A DNA stretch of 51,130 nucleotides, the filler included, from Catajapyx aquilonaris (Eukaryota): assembly GCA_000934665.2 (NCBI GenBank). It is 3 parts of 3 records of this genome, joined end to end, with 100 filler letters (N's around TTAATTAATTAA, not from the genome) between each part and the next. Parts side by side here need not be neighbours in the genome. Positions count along the whole stretch, not along the records: positions 34,152 to 51,130 come from JYFJ02007067.1; 2 more parts are not named here. One strand, given 5' to 3'. Under the pieces are notes generated by a model. The model had not been told where the DNA came from, did not search any database, and saw only the letters and a program-made list of their open reading frames with translations. Below, piece after piece: positions 50,833 through 51,130 of this stretch; within the stretch, counting starts at the first letter, position 1; each line of letters begins with the position of its first letter. The position numbers were made by a program, and so were the translations under genes.

Positions 50833-51130
50833 TACTGTGCGCTGAAGGTTAAAATAATAAAACTTAGCATAGATTTTTTATGTCTTCTGGAAAACGTCTG
50901 TTATACAGGGTGTCCCTTACTAGTCACCCTTCCGTCCGGCAGTGCACTCATTGGCCCAAAACAAGTCGTAAATGTAGGGAGGGGAAATGTTGAGGCAGTA
51001 ACCGGTAACGAGATAAACGATGATCAAGATGATGTCGAACCTAAGACAATCGCGGCAACCCACCCACCGGCTTTTGTGCGGGAGAAGCGGCAATCGGTTC
51101 GACTCCCTCACGTGTAGGGGTTGCCTAGGG

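Overview
Eukaryotic genomic DNA, probably an arthropod/insect draft assembly: GT-AG introns, dense MITE/SINE/LINE content and three N-gaps. Five protein-coding loci can be built from splice sites and reading frames. (1) Two internal Ig-domain exons of a Sidestep/nephrin-like gene (+, 4171-8361), with no following exon seen in the window. (2) A compact 10.6-kb cluster: a 358-aa HIPK-like kinase (-, 19274-22664), a divergent 314-aa PP1 catalytic subunit (-, 24989-26035) and a paralogous 368-aa HIPK-like kinase (+, 27598-29878), the last head-to-head with the PP1. (3) Three exons of a DnaJ-60/DNAJC4-like gene (-, 39698-49907). The most interesting item is the kinase-phosphatase-kinase module. Both kinases are kinase-domain-only, lack the HIPK activation-loop Tyr and carry a tyrosine-kinase-like Pro at APE-5. 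The PP1 ends at an apparent 12-nt double-stop insertion that hides a spliced C-terminal tail. The rest is nested non-autonomous DNA transposons, several tRNA-derived SINE families (one with a V-domain-like core) whose 3' ends resemble that of a LINE, and LINE 3' fragments. All homology calls come from motif recognition by eye, not from database searches.
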